A stretch of 64,000 nucleotides of DNA from a virus (lineage: Duplodnaviria; Caudoviricetes), in the IMG/VR virus record IMGVR_UViG_3300028591_000100, positions 32,001-96,000 of that record. The stretch is one strand, 5' to 3'. Both the position numbers and the translations under genes were made by a program. Positions 26,885 through 36,029 of the stretch are shown here, in pieces (the stretch's first letter is position 1; each line of letters starts with the position of its first letter). The notes beneath the pieces were generated by a model. The model did not search any database. It was not told the DNA's origin and saw only the letters and a program-made list of their open reading frames with translations.

Positions 26885-27239
26885 TCTTCTTAAGAGCCTC
26901 CCTTATAATTCTTCTAGCTTTATTCTTAAACTTTTCATATAATTCCTTATTTGCATCAGAGCGGCTTCTGTAATCTTTAACCCTATTGCCAACAGGTTTT
27001 ACATGGGTTTTACCTGTTTCATCAGGCTGAACAAAGCTGATCACGATATAATTCTTACCATTGTAACACCATTCAATGCCTACACCATATTCAACAGGCA
27101 TAGTCACGATTGTTAAATTTTCATCTGTTATATTTACAACCTTAGATATAAGATGTATTCTTAGGTTATCTTTAATATGCAAAGTTTTATCTTCGTCAGT
27201 TAAATTTTGATTAAATATTTTTAATTCTTTAATATTCAT
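26874..27239 (-). CDS. hypothetical protein
   Basis: AGGAG SD. Confidence 0.7.
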   Translation of the reverse strand: MNIKELKIFNQNLTDEDKTLHIKDNLRIHLISKVVNITDENLTIVTMPVEYGVGIEWCYNGKNYIVISFVQPDETGKTHVKPVGNRVKDYRSRSDANKELYEKFKNKARRIIREALKKNEN

Positions 27240-27248
27240 AATGCGCTC

Positions 27249-28088
27249 CTAATCCAAATATAGTGGATATTCTTCATATCTAACATAATATACTTTAACA
27301 TCTTGGCCTAAATAAGATTCATAATCCTCTTTAGAAATTTCAATGGTGCGTTCACCAATCACTTTCGGAGAAGTCCAATGAGTTTTTACCTCTCCATCGA
27401 AGTGCCATGCTACCCTAAAATTCTTATCTATAGGGAAACAAACATCAGCTTGACGGTTAGAATCAAAATGTAATGTTTCTATACATTCACGTCCTGTTGG
27501 ATTAAAATATCTTAAAACAACTTCTCTGTAGTGGTCTTGTAATTGTTCCTTATAATATATATAGGAAAAATTTTCCCAGCCATGCTGTAAATGTGCGTTA
27601 TATTCTTCCTCTGTATAACTTTGGTCAGATATGTAAATTGTGTCTTTTCCGTCATTACAACAAGCGATAGATATTATATAAGGATAATATGGAATTAAGT
27701 CTAATAAATTACGAATTGGAATATCTACAGTAATAATTACGCCATGCTTATGAAGATATTTTAATGTTCTCTTTTCACCAAAATACTCATAGGTATAATA
27801 TTCTTTTTCTTTGCGACTAAACAAAGATTTTTTTACATGTTTAGTTATTACTAATGCAGGACACTTTGATGCCACAAAATCTTGATTGTGCACGTCAAGA
27901 TATATACGCTTGTGTTGATGGATAATACCACCTGTGCGTTCCATAAAGATTTTAAAGCATTCCATTTCATCAGAATATAAAACACGAACTTTTTCTAAAT
28001 CTTCTTTTTTATCAGAACCTTCTTTAGTCCTGTGTTTGTATGACATGATGTGATCAAATAAATCACACTTTCCACTAAATCTACTCAT
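27249..28088 (-). CDS. hypothetical protein (MSRFSGKCDLFD...LIPYYPY)
   Basis: 279 aa ORF; ATGA overlap. Confidence 0.75.
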   Translation of the reverse strand: MSRFSGKCDLFDHIMSYKHRTKEGSDKKEDLEKVRVLYSDEMECFKIFMERTGGIIHQHKRIYLDVHNQDFVASKCPALVITKHVKKSLFSRKEKEYYTYEYFGEKRTLKYLHKHGVIITVDIPIRNLLDLIPYYPYIISIACCNDGKDTIYISDQSYTEEEYNAHLQHGWENFSYIYYKEQLQDHYREVVLRYFNPTGRECIETLHFDSNRQADVCFPIDKNFRVAWHFDGEVKTHWTSPKVIGERTIEISKEDYESYLGQDVKVYYVRYEEYPLYLD

Positions 28089-28486
28089 TCTTTCATCTCC
28101 TTAAATAAATTAAAATATTCCCAAAACGAATCTCGCCGCGCGTTTCTATAAAAAGGTTTTTTCTCTTTTGGTCTGTTTTTTAAAGAGTCATACAACTCCT
28201 CAGAAGTTTTATATGGACAATCATTGTCAGTATCATATAAGAACCACTCAATCACACTTGCTTCGCCAGGTTGGTCGTTCATTAACTTCTGCATCTTTTC
28301 TACAAGTTGTGCCTCATAATTAATATATAACCAACAATCACAATAATTACCTTTGCATAAATTTTCCAGTGACTTTACGAACTGGTCTTGTAAAATACGA
28401 TGCTCTGCAATAAACTTTAAAGTTTGTTTAAACTCCTCTTTTGTCATTGAAATAGGTGTCCTATTTTTTATTCTACAATAATCCAT
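28085..28486 (-). CDS. hypothetical protein
   Basis: GGAG SD. Confidence 0.7.
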   Translation of the reverse strand: MDYCRIKNRTPISMTKEEFKQTLKFIAEHRILQDQFVKSLENLCKGNYCDCWLYINYEAQLVEKMQKLMNDQPGEASVIEWFLYDTDNDCPYKTSEELYDSLKNRPKEKKPFYRNARRDSFWEYFNLFKEMKE

Positions 28487-28829
28487 CTAGCGTCTCCACC
28501 ACCCTCTTTAAAAACTCATACTCTTCGATTGAAAGGCGATATTCTTCAAACTCTATAAACTTATCATACTCTTGTGCAGAGTTTGTTGTTTTTAGTCTAT
28601 AGACATCTACACATTTGTCCTTAAGAAGAATAAGTGCTTTTTTGAACATTCTTTGCTCGAACAAACCCTCTCTTACAATAATAAGGGAATTAACTAGCTC
28701 TGGTAAATCAACACAGTCTGTATAGTCTGTTGTGTCTAACCCAAATTTTAAGTTCCCCTCCCAGTTGTTTAAAAAACACGTTTGATCAATTTTATTATAG
28801 GCATCAAATATTTTACTCATTTTTACCAC
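28473..28829 (-). CDS. hypothetical protein
   Basis: GAGGTGG SD (start likely ATG 28820). Confidence 0.7.
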   Translation of the reverse strand: MVKMSKIFDAYNKIDQTCFLNNWEGNLKFGLDTTDYTDCVDLPELVNSLIIVREGLFEQRMFKKALILLKDKCVDVYRLKTTNSAQEYDKFIEFEEYRLSIEEYEFLKRVVETLDGLL

Positions 28830-28837
28830 CTCTTTTC

Positions 28838-28859
28838 AAATAAAAATAGAATTTTATTT
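28838..28859. promoter_or_regulatory. AAATAAAA-N6-TTTTATTT palindromic box
   Basis: one of 5 copies. Confidence 0.6.
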
Positions 28860-28864
28860 ATTAC

Positions 28865-29257
28865 CTAATTAAATTTAACGGTCGAATCTAGAACTTCCCC
28901 GTTAAAAAATCCATTTTTTTCTTCATATGACACTATTCTTACATTGACATCGTAAGTAAGCGTACCAACTTCATTGACCCTGAGAGCATAATCTTCTTTG
29001 TTTTTATAAATGGGGCTAGCAACTGTAAATCGAACAATCAAAGGCAATGCTTGCTTAATTTTTTGTATCAAATCCAAAGGCAGATTCTCAGGGATAAAAG
29101 AAACGTCTGTGAATGAATCATCAAAAGTCTTATCGACTTTAATTCCTGTTTCTGTATCATATACATATCGTTCTAAGCCGACTTTCATATATCCTTTTAT
29201 CTTTGAAGCCTCTGAAACAAAACAATTACCTGAATAATTAGTAAAATAATGTTCCAT
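28865..29257 (-). CDS. hypothetical protein
   Basis: AAGGA SD; flanked on both sides by the palindromic box. Confidence 0.7.
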   Translation of the reverse strand: MEHYFTNYSGNCFVSEASKIKGYMKVGLERYVYDTETGIKVDKTFDDSFTDVSFIPENLPLDLIQKIKQALPLIVRFTVASPIYKNKEDYALRVNEVGTLTYDVNVRIVSYEEKNGFFNGEVLDSTVKFN

Positions 29258-29272
29258 ATTAATTTCCTTTCT

Positions 29273-29293
29273 AAATAAAATATCTCTTTTATT
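29273..29293. promoter_or_regulatory. AAATAAAA-N6-TTTTATT palindromic box
   Basis: one of 5 copies. Confidence 0.55.
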
Positions 29294-29624
29294 GATAATA
29301 TTCGTCTAATAACCTAACAGCTATCTCTTCATTGGTAAGACCTTCTTCTGCGAATTTTTCTTTTTCTTCCTCATCAATAAACTCTTCAAGAAAAGCCTCC
29401 ATAAACTCATCAAAATCTTGGTCTTCAATCATTTTATCAACTAATTCAGTATCGTCAGTGTCGACATCATTTCCAATATAATCACCATATCTATCTGTGT
29501 ATACATAATAACTACATGTTCTGTAGTCAACTAAATCATTATCTCTGAAAAATCTAGGTGAATCTTCACCCTCTTTTTCTAAAAGCTGTTTCATGGTATT
29601 GTCTTTTTCTGTTCTAGTCATCAT
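29289..29624 (-). CDS. acidic hypothetical protein
   Basis: tight packing; purine-rich SD. Confidence 0.7.
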   Translation of the reverse strand: MMTRTEKDNTMKQLLEKEGEDSPRFFRDNDLVDYRTCSYYVYTDRYGDYIGNDVDTDDTELVDKMIEDQDFDEFMEAFLEEFIDEEEKEKFAEEGLTNEEIAVRLLDEYYQ

Positions 29625-30117
29625 ATTTCTCTTTCCCCTTTTCTAACATTTCTTTGATTGCATGATAACCATAGCCCTCTGCTATCCAATTACTGATTTG
29701 AGCGCCAAGATCGTAGCCAATTTTACGAGCCTTACTCAAATAAAACTCTGTATCTTCGCCCACTTCTTCTTTATAGCATCTAACAATTTTATAACTTATA
29801 TTGTTATATTGTGGTTCACTAAAACGAGTATTTGATGGAATACCATTCCCTGCTTCAACATAATATGCCTTTTCTGCATTAAATAACACATGGCATCTAT
29901 TAGCAGCGTCTGTGCGATGTTCAAACTCCACCTCTACCTGAATCTCGCCTGGAGATATTATATAACCATCATCGCTAGTGTCGTATTCTTCAACACGACA
30001 GCTATCGTAATAACCAGAATTATATTTTGCATAATGCTCAGCTTTCTCTTTTGATAGGAACACAGCTACAATGTGGTAGTCTGAATATTGCCCATCAGTT
30101 ACAATAAATATTTTCAT
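29614..30117 (-). CDS. hypothetical protein (MKIFIVTDGQYSDYHI...)
   Basis: GAGG SD; common phage N-terminal pattern. Confidence 0.75.
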   Translation of the reverse strand: MKIFIVTDGQYSDYHIVAVFLSKEKAEHYAKYNSGYYDSCRVEEYDTSDDGYIISPGEIQVEVEFEHRTDAANRCHVLFNAEKAYYVEAGNGIPSNTRFSEPQYNNISYKIVRCYKEEVGEDTEFYLSKARKIGYDLGAQISNWIAEGYGYHAIKEMLEKGKEKYDD

Positions 30118-30119
30118 AA

Positions 30120-30548
30120 CTATTTCCTCTTTCTACGAACGCCACCAGCTATTTGTTTAATATCAAGCTCAATATATTGATCAAAAATCGCTTCAACTCT
30201 ATCTTCTTCGATATTCATATCTTTAGCAGTATCAAGAATAGAGCTGACAAGCAATTGCTCATACGCTTTTAATAAAATCATAGCAAGATAGCTGTTTATT
30301 TCAATGTTTATCATATTAGGATACACATAATGAGCCAAAGCACCAACACGAGTGCCATACTCCTCTGTTTGATGACATTCTAAATGCGCTTTACCAATAA
30401 AACATCTTGCGTCCTCTAACCCCTCTTTGATTAAGGTTTGGACATTATTAAGTTCTTGCAATCTGTCTTTGACACGCTCTTGATATTTTTCAAAATTTTG
30501 AATTTCTTGTGATTTTTCATATAAACCGCTTGCCTTTAGTTTTTCCAT
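30120..30548 (-). CDS. hypothetical protein
   Basis: AGGTAGG SD; first gene after promoter 30569. Confidence 0.75.
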   Translation of the reverse strand: MEKLKASGLYEKSQEIQNFEKYQERVKDRLQELNNVQTLIKEGLEDARCFIGKAHLECHQTEEYGTRVGALAHYVYPNMINIEINSYLAMILLKAYEQLLVSSILDTAKDMNIEEDRVEAIFDQYIELDIKQIAGGVRRKRK

Positions 30549-30568
30549 AAAACCTACCTTCTTTCATT

Positions 30569-30599
30569 TATATTATAGCAGAATAAAAACAAATGTCAA
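30569..30599 (-). promoter_or_regulatory. phage conserved promoter (TTGACA-N16-TATAAT)
   Basis: matches the 10-copy motif. Confidence 0.8.
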
Positions 30600-30600
30600 T

Positions 30601-30634
30601 AAAAAGGAGGAATTAATTTTTAATTCCCCTTCTT
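30601..30634 (-). terminator. Rho-independent terminator
   Basis: GGAATTAA/TTAATTCC stem with A-run on + side. Confidence 0.55.
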
Positions 30635-30657
30635 ATTTAATATAATCAGCTCTAAGA

Positions 30658-31002
30658 TTAACTTAAATCTTCTAAACCATCTTCAAGCCAAGACACTCTT
30701 GTGTTTTGAATCATGAAATCAGGTGCCTGAACCGTAGGTTTCTTTGGTTTAGTATGGTATTGCCAACACTCCTTGCCGTCATATACATGTCTGGTGAGCC
30801 ACCAGAACTTACCAACAATCTTGATAGTTGGGTCAACTTCAGTTACTCCATAACCATTATCATAATCAAACTTCTCTGCAGCTGTGACAAAATCCGCAAT
30901 AGGGATAAACCCCTCAGCGTTGCGGATAAATCTTATATGTTTTAATTTATAGCCATGCTTCTTTAATACATCTTCTGTTTCTTTTAAAAGATTAACTATC
31001 AT
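30658..31002 (-). CDS. conserved-type phage protein (YDNGYG...WWLTRHVYDGKECW)
   Basis: motif pattern; AGGAG SD. Confidence 0.75.
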   Translation of the reverse strand: MIVNLLKETEDVLKKHGYKLKHIRFIRNAEGFIPIADFVTAAEKFDYDNGYGVTEVDPTIKIVGKFWWLTRHVYDGKECWQYHTKPKKPTVQAPDFMIQNTRVSWLEDGLEDLS

Positions 31003-31004
31003 AA

Positions 31005-31511
31005 CTATGCTCCTGTACTACCTAAACCGCCTGTTCTTTCTCCCTCAGTATCATCATCGTCTGTGACGTAATACTTTTGGAAAATACCTTGAACAAAACG
31101 ATCACCTGCTGCAACATCTAATCTGCCATAGTTTGGACAAAGTCTAACCATGATGTGTCCTTCATTATTACCGTCAGCATAATCAGCGTCTATAATACCA
31201 ACAGTGTTAGCTAAATACGCCCCTGTTTTAAAGCCCACACCACTTCTAGGTACAACCATTAAATACATATCATCTGGCATAATAGCTCTGATTCCTGTTG
31301 GAATTGTTATCTGTACTATACCATAATCTTCAGGAAGTAATTCAAAAGGTACAGGTGAATAAAAATCATAACCCGCAGACTTTTTAGAGCCACGCTTTGG
31401 TAGTTTAATACCATCATAATATTGTTGGATATCTACCTCTCTAGCATAAGGCATTATCTTTCTTAAGTCCTTTGCAAATTGTTCATAACTTACTTTTTCA
31501 AATTTAATCAT
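31005..31511 (-). CDS. dut: trimeric dUTPase
   Basis: SAGYD, PRSG, GIIDADY, RFVQG, RTGGLGSTG motifs; ATG 31511 after GAGGAG. Confidence 0.92.
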   Translation of the reverse strand: MIKFEKVSYEQFAKDLRKIMPYAREVDIQQYYDGIKLPKRGSKKSAGYDFYSPVPFELLPEDYGIVQITIPTGIRAIMPDDMYLMVVPRSGVGFKTGAYLANTVGIIDADYADGNNEGHIMVRLCPNYGRLDVAAGDRFVQGIFQKYYVTDDDDTEGERTGGLGSTGA

Positions 31512-32742
31512 TGTTATCTCCTCTGTATTTTTGTATAAATAATATAAATTCACTTAATTTTTCAACAAAAAAATCAATATCTCTTGTTGTTGTGTGTTTA
31601 CTAAAAGACACTCTAATTGTAGTACGAATTTCAAACTCACTAAGACCAAGAGCTACCAACACATGAGATGGGTTAAAATCTCCCTGTGTCTCGTCATGTT
31701 CTGAGTCACAAGCAGAACCTGCGCTTACTGCGATTCCATAGGCAGCCAACATACTAGCCAAAGAATCCACATCCCCTGGATAAAACTCTCCTGAACAATT
31801 TAAAGAGACAATATTCTTATGGTCTGGAACTGTATTGATCACAACCGCATTTTCAAATCTACGAACAAGTTTAATACGTAGATATTTATAAAGTTCTTCA
31901 TAATATTTAGCCAATGTGTCACCTTGCTGATGAATCAATTCCACAGCAGTTGCTAAGCCAACAATTCCCGCTGTGTTAGAAGTTCCACCTCTAAGACCAA
32001 ATTCCTGAGCTCCTCCAACAATTAGACCAGCACCCTCTAAAGCCTTTAAATTATCTTCTGTGGCTACTAAACATCCTGTACCTGTTGGGCCATAAATCTT
32101 ATGTCCAGAAAAAGTCATAAAACTAGCATGAGGGAATTGCTTACCTAGTTCTACATATTCTCCACCATAACTAACATATTGTGTGCAATCTACTAGACTA
32201 TATATATGTCGTGCTGCTGTAAGTGTTGTAATTGCATTTACATAATTAAGCACACCTAATTCATTATTAATAGACATAATGCACACTAACAAAGTATCCT
32301 TAGTTAAAACACTTAAAATGTCACCACCACGTATTCTACCTGTCATATGAGATGGCTTAACATATGTGACTCTAAAACCAATTTTTTCTAATTGTTTACA
32401 TGCATTAATTACTGAATCATGTTCGGTGGCACCACAAATAATGTGTCTTCGTTGTTCTTCAATAGGTTTCCCTGAAGTTAGCTCTTTATAAGCTAACCCT
32501 TTAATAACCATATTATTACTTTCGGTTGCACCAGAAGTGAAGATAACATTACCTACTTCTACTCCCATAATATCTGCAATTTTAATTCTAGAATCTTCCA
32601 TAGCCATTTCAGCCTTAATGCCAAAAGAATGAATTGACCTAGAATTACCTACAAATTTCTTACTAAGATATGGTTTCATAGCCTTTAATACTTTTTTATC
32701 CATCGCAGTATTACTTGCTGCATCTAAAAATACTTCTTTCAT
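31504..32742 (-). CDS. iscS: cysteine desulfurase, IscS/NifS group (PLP-dependent)
   Basis: FLDAAS, FTSGATESNN, EHDS, NNELG, DCTQ, SGHKIYGP (PLP Lys), SAGSAC (catalytic Cys), IRVSF. Confidence 0.9.
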   Translation of the reverse strand: MKEVFLDAASNTAMDKKVLKAMKPYLSKKFVGNSRSIHSFGIKAEMAMEDSRIKIADIMGVEVGNVIFTSGATESNNMVIKGLAYKELTSGKPIEEQRRHIICGATEHDSVINACKQLEKIGFRVTYVKPSHMTGRIRGGDILSVLTKDTLLVCIMSINNELGVLNYVNAITTLTAARHIYSLVDCTQYVSYGGEYVELGKQFPHASFMTFSGHKIYGPTGTGCLVATEDNLKALEGAGLIVGGAQEFGLRGGTSNTAGIVGLATAVELIHQQGDTLAKYYEELYKYLRIKLVRRFENAVVINTVPDHKNIVSLNCSGEFYPGDVDSLASMLAAYGIAVSAGSACDSEHDETQGDFNPSHVLVALGLSEFEIRTTIRVSFSKHTTTRDIDFFVEKLSEFILFIQKYRGDNND

Positions 32743-32750
32743 ATTCTCTC

Positions 32751-33041
32751 CTATCTCATACCTAAGGCAGATTTTACAACACGAGCACTTAAATCGCTAC
32801 AACGGTTGCCAATAAATCTCTCAACAACTTTGTAATTAGTATTCTTATCGACTCTTAATGTGATTACATTAGAGCCTGTTTTATGATCAGACACTCTGAA
32901 TAATAATGAGTAGTCTCCTGATTTAATTTTAAAATACCAAGAGTTCGTTGAAGATGATTTTCTCTCCTCAAAATCATAACCTTTTTGTTTAATAATTTGT
33001 TTTGCCATATTTCTAATCGCTTCCATGTTTAACATAAGCAT
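32751..33041 (-). CDS. hypothetical protein (FRVSDH motif)
   Basis: AGGAGGT SD before ATG 33041. Confidence 0.7.
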   Translation of the reverse strand: MLMLNMEAIRNMAKQIIKQKGYDFEERKSSSTNSWYFKIKSGDYSLLFRVSDHKTGSNVITLRVDKNTNYKVVERFIGNRCSDLSARVVKSALGMR

Positions 33042-33056
33042 GTACCTCCTCACACT

Positions 33057-33087
33057 TATATTATAGCAGAAAGCATTTTAAAATCAA
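33057..33087 (-). promoter_or_regulatory. phage conserved promoter (TTGATT-N16-TATAAT)
   Basis: matches the 10-copy motif. Confidence 0.75.
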
Positions 33088-33650
33088 CTATTTTCTTCAG
33101 AAAGTCGTTTAAAATATGGAAAATACCATTCTTCACCGAATTTTTCCCTACGACTTTTGACTTTATCTCTAATTTTTTCTTGAAGCTCCTTCAATGAGAT
33201 AGGTTTGTAATCATATAACTCTGTGTTAACATTTATGAAATTTGGTAAATCAACTATAGCTTGATGCAAATGTCCATAAATGTTATATACATAAGGATTA
33301 CAAAAGGCCTCAAAAGCAGGTTCATGACTTAAGATTATACTAGAAGAATAGTATACAGGAGAATCTTTCACATCAATAAAACCCATCTTCTTATATTCTC
33401 CAATAGTTCCTCTATCATGATTACCTGTGATCAAAATCTTTCTGCCATTTAATCGTTTAATTAAATCTGCGCCTTTGGTAACAGGAGACCACAAACAGTC
33501 TCCTAAAATATACACCAAATCGTCTTTTCCTACAACACTATTATATTGTTTAATAATATACTCATTGTGCTCTTCAATACTATTAAATTTTCTACAGGTC
33601 TTTAAAATACCTGCGTGGTTTAAATGCAAATCTGATGTGACCCAAATCAT
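33084..33650 (-). CDS. calcineurin-like metallophosphoesterase (second copy)
   Basis: SDLH, LGD, GNHD, SHEP, GHLH. Confidence 0.88.
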   Translation of the reverse strand: MIWVTSDLHLNHAGILKTCRKFNSIEEHNEYIIKQYNSVVGKDDLVYILGDCLWSPVTKGADLIKRLNGRKILITGNHDRGTIGEYKKMGFIDVKDSPVYYSSSIILSHEPAFEAFCNPYVYNIYGHLHQAIVDLPNFINVNTELYDYKPISLKELQEKIRDKVKSRREKFGEEWYFPYFKRLSEENS

Positions 33651-33653
33651 AGG

Positions 33654-36014
33654 CTAGTCCCCATTTTCAAATTGCTTTAGGTAAAGCTGATGTAAATCAC
33701 CACGTAGCCATGTTTGTTTAACTTTAATATTACTTGTTCTACAAGCTGAGTTGATTGCTTTTGGTTGACCCACCAACACGCAATACTTCTTAGCTCTGGT
33801 TAAAGCAGTATATAACCACTCTCTCATTAATAACACATAAGCTGAGGTATCTAAGCATACGATAACAAAATCAGATTGAGAACCTTGTAATTTATGACAA
33901 GTGCAAGCCCAGCCATGAGTTACACTACCCCAGTCAGCTCTAGGTAGAATAACTTGCCCTTGCTCTTCTAGATCTACAATCATCATTTCATCATCAATAT
34001 CTGTAATATGTCCCATATTACCATTAAAGATAGGCACCTGAGTACCCCTTACAGTTCTCGCATGATAATTGTTTTTAATAATCATAACCTTATCATGTTT
34101 CTTATAAGTTACTTCAAACTTAGAACCTGAATCAAACACTTCTACAGTAACGCCACCTTTGGTTTCTGAATTAACCAATTGCTGCACTTCAGCATTAAAA
34201 GTTCTACAGCTATTCATACCGCGTGTTCTAACAGGCACTATGATTTGAATGTCATCAGGGTGTTTTCCCTTATTTAGAAGCTCTTTAAACTCGTTTATAG
34301 CTTGGGTATGAACAATTACAGCCTCACTATTACAAACGACCTTAAAATCGAATAAATCGCCCCTAATATCACTTCCTGAAAAATCATTTTTAACTAAATT
34401 CTTACCTTCACAAACCAATAATGATTGAGTGATAATACCACTCTTCAAAGCTTGACGATGAATTGCTGTTAAAATATTAGTTTTAATATAACCAGAAGCT
34501 ATGCAATCTGCTAATAAATTACCAACATTCATTGGAGGAAGCTGTTTGATGTCTCCGAGCATAATTAACTTTGCGCCTGAAGGAATTGCCTCTATCAATT
34601 TTAAAAATAATTCCTCACCAACCATTGAAGTTTCATCTAAAACTATAACATCATTAGGTAAAGGTTTGTTTTTGCCATAATCAAAACGTTCTTGTTCTGG
34701 TATGTATTTAAGTAGTCTATGAATAGTTTTGCCCTCTAGCTTAGTATAATCTGTCAATAAACTTGCAGCTCTACCTGATAAAGCACATTGTGCTACATTT
34801 AAATTGTAATGCTCAAAGATTCTAATCAACGGTGTAACTGTAGAAGACTTACCTGTACCACTGGAACCCGTTAAAATACTTAAATTATTATCTAATATAT
34901 TCCAGATGGCTTGTTTTTGTTCACGAGTATATTCAAAGCCTTGTGCTTGTTCAACCTCATGAATAATTTTTTCACAAACCTCTTTATTATATTTAAAAGT
35001 AGATTCTGCAGTTTGTATTCTTTCTAACTCACCTAAAATCTTACGCTCAGTTAAACGATAATGTAGCAAACCTACTTTTTTATTTTCATTTGAATAGAAG
35101 AATGAAGGGAACAATAAATCTTTTTTACCATTTTGTATATCAGCATATAGCTTTTCAAAGTCCTTTTGGCCCATCATATCTTCTTTTAAATATACAACTA
35201 AATCACTTTGTTGCACAGGATAACAAACTTCCATAATTTCATTGATTAACTCATCAATTGACATACATGAGTTACCATCATCAGCTTCTTTTTCTAGTCT
35301 ATAACGAGCATAGGCTACGCAACGTTCTCTACACCCACGAGAGAATCCTCTGCTTAACGCAATCTTGTCTGCTTTTTCCCAACCATATCCACGAACAAGT
35401 TTAATCAATGAATAGGGGTTATTTTCAATAATGTCTACCACCATATCAGCAGAACCAAATTGCTTAGCTAGACTATCAATAGCATGTTTTGTTAAGCCTA
35501 AATCTTTTAACGCTACATAAGCTCTACCGTTTGCTATATTATCTGAATATTTCATACAGATACGGTTAGCTGTAACGGGGCCTATTCCCTTAATTTTTGT
35601 TAAAGCATCAATATCATTGTTCTTTAACAAAGGTAGAGGATTGTCGTATAAAGAATAAAGTGATTCAATTTGGTTTTCAGTCAAGAAATAACTGAAAAAT
35701 TTAATTTGATCTTCCTTTTTGTCTAAATCATAGTTCATTTGAATGCTTTCGCAGTTATATTGTATACCCCATTTTGGGTCAACAACTTGTTTTGCTTGTA
35801 ATACATAATCAATACCTTTATCTAGCTTTGGCATTGTCCCTTTAACTATAATGGACTTTTCACCATAACCAGTATAGGCTTTTTCTGGTATTTCACCATC
35901 TCTGATTTCTTTTACATTTAAAAGCACAATAGAAGACTCCCCAGGTTGAGGATTTCTACCTTTAGGGAATCTATAATTATTTAATTGAACTACAGCTGTA
36001 ATAATTTCTTTCAA
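33654..36014 (-). CDS. recD2: RecD2-like SF1B DNA helicase
   Basis: HhH IKGIG, GSSGTGKS Walker A, DETSM, GDIKQL, HRQA, NGNMG, HKLQGSQ, YTALTRAK. Confidence 0.9.
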   Translation of the reverse strand: MKEIITAVVQLNNYRFPKGRNPQPGESSIVLLNVKEIRDGEIPEKAYTGYGEKSIIVKGTMPKLDKGIDYVLQAKQVVDPKWGIQYNCESIQMNYDLDKKEDQIKFFSYFLTENQIESLYSLYDNPLPLLKNNDIDALTKIKGIGPVTANRICMKYSDNIANGRAYVALKDLGLTKHAIDSLAKQFGSADMVVDIIENNPYSLIKLVRGYGWEKADKIALSRGFSRGCRERCVAYARYRLEKEADDGNSCMSIDELINEIMEVCYPVQQSDLVVYLKEDMMGQKDFEKLYADIQNGKKDLLFPSFFYSNENKKVGLLHYRLTERKILGELERIQTAESTFKYNKEVCEKIIHEVEQAQGFEYTREQKQAIWNILDNNLSILTGSSGTGKSSTVTPLIRIFEHYNLNVAQCALSGRAASLLTDYTKLEGKTIHRLLKYIPEQERFDYGKNKPLPNDVIVLDETSMVGEELFLKLIEAIPSGAKLIMLGDIKQLPPMNVGNLLADCIASGYIKTNILTAIHRQALKSGIITQSLLVCEGKNLVKNDFSGSDIRGDLFDFKVVCNSEAVIVHTQAINEFKELLNKGKHPDDIQIIVPVRTRGMNSCRTFNAEVQQLVNSETKGGVTVEVFDSGSKFEVTYKKHDKVMIIKNNYHARTVRGTQVPIFNGNMGHITDIDDEMMIVDLEEQGQVILPRADWGSVTHGWACTCHKLQGSQSDFVIVCLDTSAYVLLMREWLYTALTRAKKYCVLVGQPKAINSACRTSNIKVKQTWLRGDLHQLYLKQFENGD

Positions 36015-36029
36015 AATAACACCTACATT

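Noticed and set aside
31504-32742. Dnd/Ssp phosphorothioation system
   Set aside because: Only the desulfurase is present; no DndC/D/E or Ssp-like genes are recognisable in the window.
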